Shown one piece after another: positions 41,853 to 55,569 of a DNA stretch of 64,000 bases. This DNA comes from the human T2T-CHM13v2.0 reference genome, Homo sapiens: NCBI RefSeq assembly GCF_009914755.1, contig NC_060932.1. One strand, given 5' to 3'. Every line of letters begins with the position of its first letter. Within the stretch, counting starts at the first letter, position 1. The notes below the pieces were generated by a model. The model did not search any database and was not told the DNA's origin. It worked only from the letters and a program-made list of their open reading frames with translations. A program made the position numbers and the translations under genes.

Positions 41853-42095
41853 ATGACGACAGTACCCGGTTCCTAACGCTGGGGCCGGCTGGGTTCGAGG
41901 TGCTTGGTCTACATGACAATAGTGCTCGGTTCCTGGCACTGGGGCCAACTGGGTTTGAGGTGCTTGGTTTCCATGAGGACAGTGCCCAGTTGCTGGCACT
42001 GGGGCCGGTTGGGTTCTAGGTGCTTGGTTTCCATGACAACAGTGCCCAGTTCCTGGCACTCGGGCCAGCTGGGTTCGAGGTGCTTGGTTTTCATG
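41853..42095. repeat. 60-bp minisatellite, 4 diverged copies
   Basis: Units start at 41853, 41913, 41973 and 42033; shared core ggggcc..tgggtt..aggtgcttggt...catga. Confidence 0.95.
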
Positions 42096-42658
42096 TACTT
42101 GGTATCACAGGGCTTGGCATACATTTGACATCTCCCTTACTCCCATTGGGACTTCTCCTGTACCTGCTTTACAGATGAGAAAAGTGAGGCTGGGAAACCG
42201 CACAGCTGAGCTCCAGAGGCCGTGGGCCCTGCCAGGGCTCTGACTCCATGAAGGGCTCTTTCCACCTGACCCACTGCCGGGAAAGCCGGGAAGACTCCCA
42301 TTCTCTGTTACTGGGCTCAAGTTAGTGATGCCTTTGTGAGCACCACGTCTCACCACCCGCAATGGAGAGGGTCCCTCGCTCACTGCCAAGGATAAGGGGG
42401 CAGAGTGTGTCACCACTTATCATGAGGGACACTGTGGGAGAGCCAGGGTGGCACTAACTAGGTTCACCGGGACCCCTGCTTTCCGGGCAGAAGACTCTGC
42501 AGTGACCTGTTACTGTGTTTGCAGTCACAGCACAAACCTGGGTTCTGGTGACCTGGTCCTGGTTCTGCTGTGTATCTTCTGGTGACCTGGGTTACTTACT
42601 ATCTCTGAGTGTTTCCCCATCTCTGAAGTTAGTTAGGATTGTGTAAAGATGAAAAGGA

Positions 42659-42962
<304 letters not shown>

Positions 42963-43827
42963 AAAGATGAAAAGGAACAAAAAGAACATCCCTTGCCAGG
43001 CACAGTGGTTGGCCCTAGTAGGCAGCCATCAATGCCAGGCGCCGTGACTGTTATTGTAGGAAGTGGGGGTTCTGAAGAATGCCCTCCTTGGGATGTCATA
43101 GCCATGGAGTTGTCCCTAGTGGCCAGAAGTCCCCTCCCCCAAATTAGGATGCTGGCCTGGGTGGAGGGGAGGGGCCAGTCCTCTCGGCTGGTGGGTGCAC
43201 GGCCTGGACCCCCCAGCAGCCTCTCTGGCACAGGGACAGGGACGATAAGCGGTGATGGACTGTTCTGAGGGCTCCGCGGCGGGCACAGGGAAGGCAGTGT
43301 GGTGTGGGGTGGCCTCCCCACTGATAACCTGGGGGAGGGCGCTATCGGCAGAGGAAGTGGGCAGGGAAGGGGCTGGAGGGGGCCGCTAGAGCCCCAGGGC
43401 GGGACCCAACCCCAGGGGTCACGTCATCCATTCTCTGCCACCAGGCACAATTGCACCGAACCATCCATCACTGCCTGCCGGCCTGGCTTTTTTCTTCTCC
43501 GAATGCATTAATGCACTCTCACTACAGAAGACTCCAGCAATGCGGGTAAAATGCCAGCGCCCTTCCTTATCCCTCTGCGCTGACAGCCCCAGCCGCTCCC
43601 TCCTCGGAGGTCACGGGGCTCTCTTTGGTTGGTATCACTGGGATCCCTTTGCTGCATGTTTACACAAATATGCATGTGTGTGATGAACATAAAATTGTGT
43701 GCGTGTGTGTGTGTGTGTGTACATCATGCTGCATGTATGTGTTTTTCTGCACCCTTTCCCCTCACTTGATAGTCTTGGCCATGTGTCAAAATCAGAACCT
43801 ATGGATGTGCCCATTCATTTTTTTAAG

Positions 43828-43973
43828 TTTTTTTTTTTTTTTTAATATTTTCTGCAGAGACAGGGTCTTGCTATGTTTTCCAGGGGATGGCCTCAAACTC
43901 CTGGCTTCAAGAGACCCTCCTGCCTTGGCCTCTCAAAGTGCTGGGATTATAGGCATGAGCCACCATCCCTGGC
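43828..43973 (-). mobile_element. Free left Alu monomer (FLAM-like)
   Basis: Single left-arm monomer with T tract. Confidence 0.8.
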
Positions 43974-46900
43974 ATGCCCATTCATTTTAATGGCAGAATA
44001 GTAGTTAATAAAATAATTATGCCCTTCTAGCTGGCCCTTCGGACAATTAAACAAGGAAAAAAAATTGTGCCCCACTTCTTTCAGCTACCCTCTTGTACCA
44101 TTAAGTTGTTCCCATTGTAATTACAAACAAGTTGCAGTAAAGAATATCGTATGTTTATCTTTGGGAATAAGGGCATATCTTACCGTAGGATAGTTTTCTA
44201 CAAATGCAGTAGCTTCATCAGTGTGTATGCGTCAACATTTTGGATGCCAAAAATGCTTCCCCAAAAGGCTTTATCAAATTACACGGCCATTAAACTTTAT
44301 GAGAGCAACAGTTTTCCATATCTTTACCAGTATTATTGGATATAAGCAGTATTGCCATTTTGCCACCTGATGGTAAAAGTATCTGGCACTACTATTTCAA
44401 CTGCATTTTTCCATGGACTGGTGTGGCTGGGCACTGTTTGCTTTATTTATTAGCTGTTCTAATCCTCTTTCTGTGCAGTGCCCATTCTTATCGTTGGCTC
44501 ATTTGTCTTTGGGTTGTTTAGGAACAGGAAGAACTTCTTCAGTTTTCTTTGCAGTAATCCTTCGTTATACAGGCACTGCAAATATTATCTTCCTGCCTGA
44601 CACTTGCTTTAACTTTGTTCACAACGTCCTTCGTCAGGTTTCCCTCTGCAGGATTAGCAACAATGCTATCCTGTTTCTAAGGGTTTAATCCACATTTTTT
44701 TTTTTCGCTGACATCCAGTAAAAATACTAACAACTTCCTTCTGTTGTATACCTAACTGTGCCAGGCATTCTGCTGAGCACTGGAGAGGCACCGTCTCGTC
44801 CACTCTGGGCAAGGCTGCTGCTTAGCAAATGTGCTTGACAAGTGAGGAAACAGGCTTAGGGAGGTGACTGCTTGCAGAAGGCCATGTGGCTGGGCAGGAC
44901 TTGAGCCCACATCCAACTGGCCCCAGAGCCTTGACCACTGTGCTTCTCTTCCTTTCAACCTCAGCTGGCTTTTCTCCCAGCTCAAATCATCCTTGCCTGA
45001 GCCCTGACTGAGTGTGTAGTTTTGGATTAAGATGTTACCAGGTATGGGATATGGACAAAGAATAAGATAGTGACTTGTCCCCATTCCTTTGCGTATTTGA
45101 CAAATATCCTTTGAGAGCACTTTCTTAATCTCAGGGGTGATGTGTGGGTGGAGTTGGGCCAAGTGTTTAATGCTTGGGGCTAGAAATGAGTAAGCTGAGG
45201 CCATCAGCCATTACATGGGAGCCTTGGAGATAAGCAAGAAATAACACAACCTAGGAATGATGCTGCTGATGAAATGCTTGCACAATTCCACAACTGTCAC
45301 CTTCCTAGACACCCTGGTTTGGTTAGTTAGACTTGTAGGCACACCCACCACGGGCACAGGTACACATGTGCATGCACACACCCCACCCTGCTCCAGCCTC
45401 CAAGGCGCCGGGCATGTACTGTATCTGCTCTTTGGAGAGCCGAGGGCATGTAGCCCAGCCCTGCCTGTGCAAGACCAGGTCCTACTGGTCATGAGGAAAG
45501 GCCACTCAGTCCAGAGCAGTGAGCAGGAGGCTAATTTTAACCAAGAGCAGTGGAGTGACCTTGGCACAGAAAAGAAGGCACCAACAGAGATGCCCCTAGA
45601 TGGACCCCTAGCCCTTCCAGAGATGTCAGGCTGAGACTGGAGTGTTCTCCTTGCCCTCCTGCCTGTCCTTCCTCCCAGGCAAGGCTGTCAGCTCTAGGCA
45701 GCAGTCCCTCTTCACCTCATCAGTCCTCAGTAATCAGCCTTCAACCCCCCTGGGGCTGGCTCCCATCAGCCCCTGTCAGCCTCTGCAGCCCACAGGGGCC
45801 TGGTGGCCCAGGGGCCAAGCTGCTGATTGGAAATGGAGGAGGATGGGACCAGACTGGGAAGGGAGACCAGGGGACTGGCAGACCAGGCTCCTAGGTGCCC
45901 CCAGGGAAGGTGCTGTCTGGCCTGGGCCTCTGCTGTCAAGGGTGTATGGGGAAAGGGAGTGTGCATATATTGACATCCTGCTGTGTGCACCCCATTGTGG
46001 CCAAAGCTTTGCGTACATTATCTTAGTTCATCCCCAGCTTCCCTTTGAGACAGGTATGCTTATGTCCATTTTAAAGGTAATGAAACTGAGGCTTAGAGAG
46101 GTTACAAAATTTGCCAAGAATCCCATAACTGATAGCAGGCAGAACCAAGAGGTGAAGTAAGCCCTGCCTGACTCCTCCAAAGCCTGCTCTTCTACGACAT
46201 GACCTGCAACTGGCAAGGAGGCCAGGCCAGAGGGGTGTGGGCGGGGCACAAGCCTGGCGGCGCCTGGGGCCAGCTCCAGCTCTGGCTCTTGCTCACTGTG
46301 TGACCTGCAGCCTCAGAGCCTTGTTCCCCGCCCCTCCCGAGAAGCTCTGGCTGGAGGCGGCTCTGCTGAGGCCTGGCAGGAGGCCAGGCTGACCTGGGCT
46401 TGTGTCCCAGCTGCGTGGGCTTGGCAGATGGCCTCAATTTTTGGATCCTCCATTTTTTCATCTACAAAATGGGACCAGTAACGATCTACTCCTAAGGGCG
46501 GTCGTGCTGGCTTAATGGGACCATGCACCTGCCGTGTGAGCATAGTCCCCAGCACATCACACAGCTCGGTGGTGTGACCGGCAGGGGAGCTGACATCAGC
46601 ATCTGTGTCTGTGAGCGTGGGGAGGCCTTTGCTTCCGTCAAACAGGGTGCATGGCAGAGCTCCCTGGGAGTGGGGCTCTGCTATCTCCGCAGGGTCAAGT
46701 GAAAGCCTGAGAGGCCACGAAGTCCCCACGGTGCCAGTTGGAAATTTTCTGTGTGCACCCACAAATTTTAACATCTCCCTGTGCTCTCCTGAATACTCGC
46801 CCAGGGCTATTTTTTTGGTCTCCGACTGATGTCAGGTGGAGCTGCCTCTCTCTGAATCATCAGTAGAGCACCTGGCCTCCTGCACGGGGACTGGCCAATT

Positions 46901-48149
46901 CACCCCTCCAGGGGCTGCCATACTGCAATGAGAATGCGGATCCATTAAGCCTGGTGGCCCCATCCGCACCAGATGTTTCTCTTCCTGGAATCTTTTCCAC
47001 CAGGCTTTCACGAACCTTCCTGTCATCCTCTCAGCAGTTTGCTTAACCTTATTAAAAGGTTTGCCCCCTGAGGGCCACTGGACAGGCCCCATGGGTTATG
47101 TCTGCCTTGTTCCTCAAGTGCTCAAGAGCACGTTTAATCTCACTATCCTTTGGGGCCCCTCAAGTGCTGGCCATGGAGCTGAGCTCAGGATTCAAGGACT
47201 GCCCCCCATCATTTCTAGGGATGTGATGTGGGTGACAGGCTCAGCATCTCTGCCTTTCTTCTGTCCAGACTGAACAGAATGAAGATGCCACACCTTCAAG
47301 AGGCTGCTGTGAGGAGCCCCCGAGGCAAGGCACGGGAAACCCCTTTGTAAAATGTGGAGTGCGGTGGCTATGCCATTCTGGAAGAAAAGCTGCGAGCAGT
47401 GGGTCCCTGCTCTGCCATTTATCAGCTGTGTGGCTTTGGGCCAGTTACTTACCCTCTCTGGGCCCTAGCTTCCTCCTCTGTAAAATAAGGATCAGACACC
47501 TACCTCTTGGGATTGCTCGAGTCATCAGCACTTTACACTCGATACACGGTGACTGAGTATGAAGGTCTCTTTAGCTGTCTAAAGATTCTAAGAATGGTAT
47601 GAAGTTTCAACCTTTAAGTCGGGTGACTCTGCAATCCCAGCGATGTTGTGGAGAGTGCCCACAGCCCAGGTCAGGGGCCCGGTGCTTCTGCTTTCCCTGA
47701 TCTGCCCGTGGGTCGTAGTGGCGCTGCCTTCTGCTCTCTGTCCTTGCCACCTGAGACTGAGTGCCTGGAGCTAGGCATGGTTCTTGCCTGCTTTGCCTGA
47801 GATGCTGTGTGTCCAGGCAGTCTTTGTGAACATTTTGGGGTGGGGGTCTGAGCACGTGCCCACCAGGATGCAGACCCGCCTGGAGATGTCTGGTGAGGAT
47901 ATCGACCAACTGCCCCTTGACCCTGAGGCAGCACAGGGCAGACCTGCCCAGGGGAAGAAAGAAAAAGGTTCTTTCCCAAGAACAGAGCCAGGGGCTCTTC
48001 CAGAGGGAAGGACTCCTGCCCCCAGCGTGAGCGGGCTCCTCCCAGCCAGGCCCTGAAGCGAACATCCCTGAACCCCTAAAACGCGTGGGGGCATTTCAAA
48101 GAGGGCTGAGGTGCCATGGGGACCAAAGTTAAAAACATGCAGTTAATGC

Positions 48150-48845
48150 TCTTAAAACAATACCACAAGCCTCACACCCACTAGGATGGCAACTATTTCA
48201 AGCAACAGAGAATAACAGAGGAGGCAGAGAAACTGGAAGCTGTGAACAGCTGATGGGAATGCGGAATGGCGCAGCCGATGGGAAAAGCAGCGTGCGGCTC
48301 CTCAAAACATTCAACCTAAAGTTGCCATCTGGTCCAGCAGGTTCATGGAGACATTTGCACACCAGGCTCACAGCAGCATTATTCCCAACAGCCAAAAGGT
48401 GAAAACGACCCAAGTGTCCATCGACTGACGAATGGATACGCAAAACGTGATGTATCCATAAAGGGGAGTCTTATTCAGCCTTAAAAAGGCAGGAAACTCT
48501 GACATGTTACAACATAGATGAACCTTGAAGACACTATGCTAAGAGCAATGACCCAGTCACAAAAGGACAAATACTGCACGATTCTTGAGGTCCCTAGAGA
48601 ATCAAATTCTTACAGACAGAAAGTAGAGTGTGGGTTGCCAGGCTGGGGGAGGGAAGGAATGGGGCGTTAGCATTTAATGGAGACAGAGTTTCAGTTTGGG
48701 AAGATGAGAAAGTCCTGGAGATGATGGTGTGGCACCTACACAGCAGTGTGAATGTACCACTGCATGGAACACTCAGCAAATGCCTATGCTTGCAAATTTT
48801 ATGTTATGTGTATGTATTTTACTACCTTAAAAAAAAAAAAAAACA
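48150..48845 (+). mobile_element. L1MB-like ORF2 end and 3'UTR
   Basis: cagcagcattattcccaacagccaaaagg...gtttcagtttgggaagatgagaaagtcctggagatg, followed by an A tail. Confidence 0.82.
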
Positions 48846-49169
48846 AACGACATCATGAGTCCTGGGGAAACTCGAGTCCTGGTTTTTTAGTATCTAATGG
48901 AATAAGTGGTGGAAACTTTTATAAAATATTTCATTAAAGGCGGTTTTATCTTTGGAGGAAATCCGGATTTTCATACGTGAATTTGCTTAAGAGTGCTCTA
49001 CTGGTGTTCCAGCTTACCTTTGGGTCTTTCTTATTTGTAGATGGCACATTTATTCACACCAAATATTCTTGATTTTGAAACTAATCAATGAGTCACAAGA
49101 ATACATGGATACCTACCACATGGCAGGTAGAGTGAAAGAAACAAAAGCAGAAATAACACATATGCTTAT

Positions 49170-49562
49170 GTGTTATGGTTCAAGGGCTGAACTGTATCTC
49201 CTCTTCTCCACATTCCTATATTGAAACCCTAACCCAACTGCCTCAGAATGTGATGGTATTTGGAGATAGGCTTTTTAAAAATCGATGAGTAAAGTGAGGT
49301 CGTATGGGTGGGCCCTAGTCCAATATAACTGGTATTCTTGAAGAGGCAACGAGGACATAGACACACACAGAGGGACGACCACATGAGGACACAGGGAGAA
49401 GGTGGCCATCTATGAGCCCAGGAGAGAGACCTCAGGAGAAACCGACCCTGCACGCAGCTTGATCTGAGGCTTCCAGCCTCCAGAACTGTGAGGCAATCAA
49501 CTTTTAAGTTTTCAGCCACTCGCCTGTGGTATTTGTTCCAGTAGTCCTAGGAAACGAATACA
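49170..49562 (+). mobile_element. MLT1B-like LTR
   Basis: cctcagaatgtgatggtatttggagatagg...cctaggaaacgaataca. Confidence 0.82.
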
Positions 49563-49781
49563 CTATTCCATTTCCAAAATACTCCTTAAATCCTTAAAGC
49601 AACCCTGCAAGGAGGCCTCACTGCCCTCTGTTTATAGACAAGGAAATCAGGGTTCAGAAGAATGGAGTCACTCACTCAAAGTCACACAGCCGGAGAGTGC
49701 CAGGCTGCCTAGGTCCTTGGCTTCTGACCCCGTGTGCTCTTTTGGAAGTTCTGCCCCGAGGGTGGGAAGAGCGTGAAAGTA

Positions 49782-50110
49782 CAGGAGTCCCCCTTATCCA
49801 CAGGGAATACATTCCAAGACCCCCAAACTATCTAGATGCTCTGAACTGCAGATAGTACCGAACCTTGTATACACTGTTTTTCCTATACACACATCTCTAT
49901 GATGCAGTTTAATTTATGAATTAGGCACAGTAAGAGATTAACAACAATAACTAAGAATAAAATAGAAAATTATCACAATATACTAGAATAAAAGTTCTGT
50001 GAATGTGGCCTCCCTCTCTCTCTCTTTCTCAAAATATCTTATTGCATGTAATATTTTGGGACCGCAGTTGACCGCTGGTAACTGAAACCTTAGATAAGGG
50101 GCCACTACTG
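49782..50110 (-). mobile_element. MER44A-like Tigger non-autonomous DNA transposon
   Basis: TIRs caggagtcccccttatc / gataaggggccactactg with TA on both flanks. Confidence 0.82.
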
Positions 50111-50264
50111 TAGACAAAACAGATCACAGCAGCAAAGAGAGAACAAAGCTCTGAACCGCAGAGCTAGAAGCCCGAGGCAGGGGAGGTATGGCAGAGGCCA
50201 GGGAAGCCCGGCTAAGGGGGCTTAGCTGGGATCGGGGTCTCTGGAGGCCCTTCTTTGGGGGTTA

Positions 50265-50520
50265 TTATAGCCCTAATGAGAGCTAACATTTCTGAGCATT
50301 TAGCATAAGACAGGCACTCTGGTAAATGCTTCCTGTGAGCTGCTTTGTGCAAACCTCGCAGCAAGCCTACAATGCAGGTGTCAGCATTGTGCCCATTGCA
50401 CAGATGAGGAAACCGAGGCTCAGAGAAATGAAGCAAAGTCTCCGAGGTCAAACATCCGGGGAGAGGAAGTGCCTGATTTTGAAAGGTCTGTCTGACTCAG
50501 AGACCCTGCTGTTGCTCACT
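50265..50520 (-). mobile_element. MIR SINE
   Basis: cccattgcacagatgaggaaaccgaggctcagaga. Confidence 0.75.
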
Positions 50521-51520
50521 TCACAGCAACGCTGAGGGTGTGTCCTGGCTCTGGAATGGAGGAATGGAGGCAAAGGGAAAGGCACCAGCTCCTTCACAGG
50601 CAAGGAGAGGTCTGGGGTTCCCAGACCTGGGCTGCCCCCTTCACCAGAGCTCTGGGTGTCGGGACAACAATCATATGACCCGGATGGCTCAGGCATGGGC
50701 CCCCCGGCAATGTCCTCATATGTGCAGTTTTATGGTTGGGAGAAGGCCGACTCCAGGCCATGAAATACCCTCCCTCCCACAAGGAAGGCAAAGCCCTAGA
50801 GCAGGAAATGAGGCTTTCGTCCATTCATGCGCTCTCTGCCTCCTCTCTCCATCTCTCTTCCCCCCCACACTCTCACATTTCACTTTCTGGCTGAGAATTG
50901 ACTGAGCTCCTCATCCTTAATAGACATATTTATGTCCCGAACAAGAACACACCAGGATACAGGTTCAGCTCCGGGCACCATTCGGGCAAGTGCGACCCCT
51001 CGTGGAGAAACTCTCCCTCATCCTTCAAGATCTCCAGCCTCATCTTTCCCAGGAAAACCAAGCCGGAGGAGAGGTGGGTGTCCTTGCCTGAGAACGTGCC
51101 TCTGAGAATGTGCTGGTCTTCTGGGTTTCTTTTCTAATTTCCGCAGGTTGCCACTTGCATACCAGAGCTGGAAAAAGCCACAGGCATCTGCTGGTCCTGG
51201 AGTTTCAGGACCTGAACATCAGCCTGGCCCCCAGGTACTTGGAGCCAGGCCCGCTGGGATGGAGCACTTCCGACCTCACACAGCCCTGCCCAGGGGTTCC
51301 CAATCCGGGATCGACATTAGCACCAGCTGGGGATGTTTAAAGTATGCTGAGGCCCTGGATAAAGTATGCTCACCCGGAACCCTGGCACTGGCACTTTTTA
51401 ATGTGCCTCCCCCCACTCCAACCCCATTCTACCCAAGGTGACCCTAGTGAGTAGCCAGGGCTGAGAACTGCTGGTCCAAGCTGGAAATGCTTGCACAGGA
51501 ATCACTCAGGGTGCTTCTAA

Positions 51521-51922
<402 letters not shown>

Positions 51923-53542
51923 TAAAACAAAAACTTGAGGTGACGTTGGCAAAGCACTGGGTGACTCATGTTTAGGGAATGACAGTGGGGTCCAGGGAGG
52001 TCAGGAGACAGTCTCAAGCCTTGCAACTCGAGGATAGCTCCCGAGTCATGGCAGCCACTTCAGAGGGGCTGCAGGGGCCGGGGAGGTGGTGTCCTGGCAT
52101 ATGGTCCCTGCTCATGAGGTGAAGGAAGGGCTCATTCCTCATCCCGTGATCTTAGCTCCCTCCTCAGCCCCACCCCACAGGAGCCCCAGCAGGTCAGCTT
52201 GGCCCTCCCATTCATGAGTCCCAGTGGCCCCCACTAGCAGGAGCCCCCACTGACCTTGTTGTCCCACGCTCCTGTTTACCCCCCACCAGCCACGTCCCCT
52301 GGCACCAGGTTCTTGGCCAGGCAGTTTCCTCCTTCCAGCACCCTGGTGTGACCAGGTCCTGGGGGAGATCAGAGGCCCCACAATTTCTGGAGCCCCACTG
52401 TATGGGACAGAGTTCCACCTCTAGGTTCCTCCACCTCCAGCATCCTGGAGCAGCTGGGGACACCTGTCCCTCTGGGCTCCTCAGCGAGGCCCCAGGTCTG
52501 CCCCCCCCAGACCTCCTTAAAGTGCTGTGCTCCCATCCAGTGCTTGCCCACGGTCAGTGGGGGCTGTGAGGGCCAAGAACTGGCTGAGAGGAGCCTGGTG
52601 GCATGGAGTCTGTCCGTTTCATCATCTGCAGAAACAGCTTCGTGGTAGTAATGGTGATGCACCCACCCCAGGCTGCTGGAGAATCCACACACTGTAGGGG
52701 ATCACGCTATGTGAACCGCATCCTTCCTGGCTGGTGGCTGTCCTCACCCAGCACCCCTGCAGCGACTGCCCCCTTTCTGGGGGTTCTCCCACCAAGTCCC
52801 CACTCTAATCCTCTGCTGCCCAGACCTGCAGTTTCCCCCACCTACGCCCCCATCCTACCGCTTAAGAGGGGTGTGTGTGAGCACTTTCTGCCTCAGTTTC
52901 CACCTCTGTACTGCGGGTGGGTATAGTCCTACCTCGGGGTGTTCTCACAGTCAGAGGAGTCAACACTGACAAGCTGGGTGGCAAGGGTTCAAGGGGAAGG
53001 AAGCGGGTGCACAGGTGGAGCCAGGGGGCTTTCAAGTGGGGGACCCAGAACGGTAGGTACAAGTCTCTGCACTTTCCTCTACACCTACGGCATGTACAAC
53101 AGGCAGCGAGAACCTGGATGCAAAAGGTGGGCTTCGGTTAATGATATTTTATCAGTATTGGCTCATCAGTGATAACAAATGCACCACCATTGCACGATGT
53201 TAGTAATAGGGGAAATGGGCGAGATATGGAGACTGTCTACTTAATTCCCACTTTTTTTTTTCTGTAAACCTAACTGCTAAAAAAAAAATCCTTCTATTAA
53301 AAACAAAACAAAAACATGCCAAGTGAAGAGCCTCCATGCATTGGGAGCCGCCGACGTTCCTCGCTTTTACGCCCCATCGTCACCCGATCCTTGTTTATGC
53401 ACCTGGCCTGGGGACTCGGAGCCTCTGGAGCTGGGCTCGCGTCCTAGCCGTCCCCAAAGCGCCGGCCCACAGCGTCAGCCCCTGGCTTTTCCCCGCCCAG
53501 AGCTCCCGGCGCGGGCCCGAGCCACGGATTTATGAGGCCACA

Positions 53543-53556
53543 GCGCCCCCTGCGGG
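53543..53556 (-). promoter_or_regulatory. CTCF-like motif just downstream of the BLK poly(A) site
   Basis: Minus strand reads CCCGCAGGGGGCGC, 13/14 match to CCASYAGRKGGCRS. Confidence 0.65.
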
Positions 53557-53669
53557 CCCCGCTCAACCGCCGGGAGCCCAGACCACGCGGGACTCCCTGG
53601 CTGCGCCACGCCCGCGCCCCGTGCTCGTCCTGCACGCGATGTCCAGCTTGTCGCAGGTAACGACACGGA

Positions 53670-54165
53670 ACAGCTCGAACGCTCGTGACTTTATTGCAGA
53701 AAAGCCCCGCAGTGCTGGAGCGCAGCCTAGGCTGGGGTTGCCCCTGCTGGCGTCCGCGGGACCCAGTCTGGCTTCTGTAGCGGGGCAGGGCGGGGTCCAC
53801 GCAGGGCGCAGAGGCGGGGACGCGGCCAGCACGGGGGGTGCCCAGCACGGGGGCCTTACTTGATGACAGTCGCTTACCAGTCCTGAACACCTTACTGGGG
53901 CTTAGTACTCCGGATGACCGTGCGAGGTCACTGTTACAGCCCTCTACAAATGAAGCGGCACAGAGAGGCCGCGTAACTCGCCCGGGGGTGCAGTCGGTGA
54001 AGGAGTCCGTCCGGGGACCCCCTGCGAAGCTGCCTCTGCCCACTGGATTCCGGGTCTGAGAAAAGGGCACAGGCGACACCCCGCCTTCGCGGCCCGTCTG
54101 GGATGGCACGGAAGTCGGGGTCGTCCGCGCAGAGGTGGGCACGGGGCGCAGGCGGGCGCGGCCGG
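53670..54165 (-). other. BLK: BLK 3'UTR (3' end approximate)
   Basis: Lies between the stop codon and the first downstream AATAAA; cleavage assumed about 20 nt past the signal. Confidence 0.85.
53690..53695 (-). terminator. BLK polyadenylation signal AATAAA
   Basis: tttatt on the + strand at 53690-53695, the only canonical hexamer I see in the GC-rich 3'UTR. Confidence 0.9.
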
Positions 54166-54371
54166 CTAGGGCTGCAGCTCGTACTGCCGCTCGGTGGCCG
54201 TGTAGAAGTCCTCCAGCACCGACTGCAGGAACTCGAAGGTGGGCCGCTCCTCGGGCCGGCTGCGCCAGCACTCGGCGATGACGCCGCGGTACAGCTCGGG
54301 CGGGCAGGTGTCGGGGCGCGGCATGCGGTAGCCGCGCTCCAGGTTGCGGATGACCTCGGGGTTGCTCATCC
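54166..54371 (-). CDS. BLK: BLK last coding exon (exon 13), C-lobe and inhibitory tail Tyr (QYELQP*)
   Basis: (G)[70 protein letters not shown] at 54166-54168, AG at 54372-54373. The seven exons sum to 1046 nt in one open frame. Confidence 0.98.
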
Positions 54372-55113
54372 CTGCGGCAGAGGAGACCGCAAGCGGGGGT
54401 GAGGGGCTGGGGTCCTCGGTGGGTGGGGGGCCCTGAGCGTCCCGCGGGGCACAGTGGGCCCAGGCAAGGGACAGCAGTGCCCACAGTCCCAGACCACTTC
54501 TCCAGCCTCGTGCGTTGCCTGGCTGCCCGGTCTCTAAACAGCCCTTTATTTACTTTTTATTGCCTGGGGAATGCCTAGAAATGAGGCTGTAGATTTTCTC
54601 CTGAGTACGGGGCAGGTCCTCTGAAGATGGGACCCTCCCTCTCTTGATTACCTGTGACCACCAGGGGCACAGCCAAGCCCATCACTCATGGGCAGCTGCC
54701 AGGTGCACACAGCAGCAGGTGACCCGGAGCCTGCCCACCTGTGGGGGCCAAGTGGCTGGAGCCCTTCGACTGGGGCTGGGGGCTGTCGTCCACGATTCTG
54801 GCCACACAGGAAGGGGCTTTGGGGAATCCACTATGGGTGCAAAGCCAAGGTAGGCACAACCTGTCCTCAACTGAGAACAAGCCATTGGGAGTAAACTTGA
54901 GTTCGGATGTGCCCTTTGTCTTGATTTCAGTTTGAGGGACTCATTTGACCTCTGCTGGAGGAAGGAGACACAGCCCTGTGGCCCAGAGCAATAGTGATGC
55001 AGGGGGCAGAGCTCCACCCCAGATGCCATGCCTGGGTCTCCGTCTTCGCTCTGGGACTCACTCTGAAAAGAACAGGGCAGCCACAGGCACCAAGCACAGG
55101 CGACCTGCCATCA

Positions 55114-55569
<456 letters not shown>

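Larger units (their letters stand above)
53340..54460. promoter_or_regulatory. CpG island over the BLK last exon, 3'UTR and 3' flank
   Basis: Very high GC with dense CpG (gcgcg, ccgcgg, cgcg) over about 1.1 kb, by eye. Confidence 0.85.

Noticed and set aside
41853-42095. CRISPR-like or repeat-protein reading of the 60-bp array
   Set aside because: Whole units repeat with no unique spacers, there are no cas genes and the context is human. The 20-aa periodic ORFs simply follow from a unit length divisible by three.
53444-54484. 346-aa alternative-frame ORF overlapping the BLK last exon
   Set aside because: Non-ATG start in an intron, runs through the poly(A) site, and is explained by CpG-island composition.
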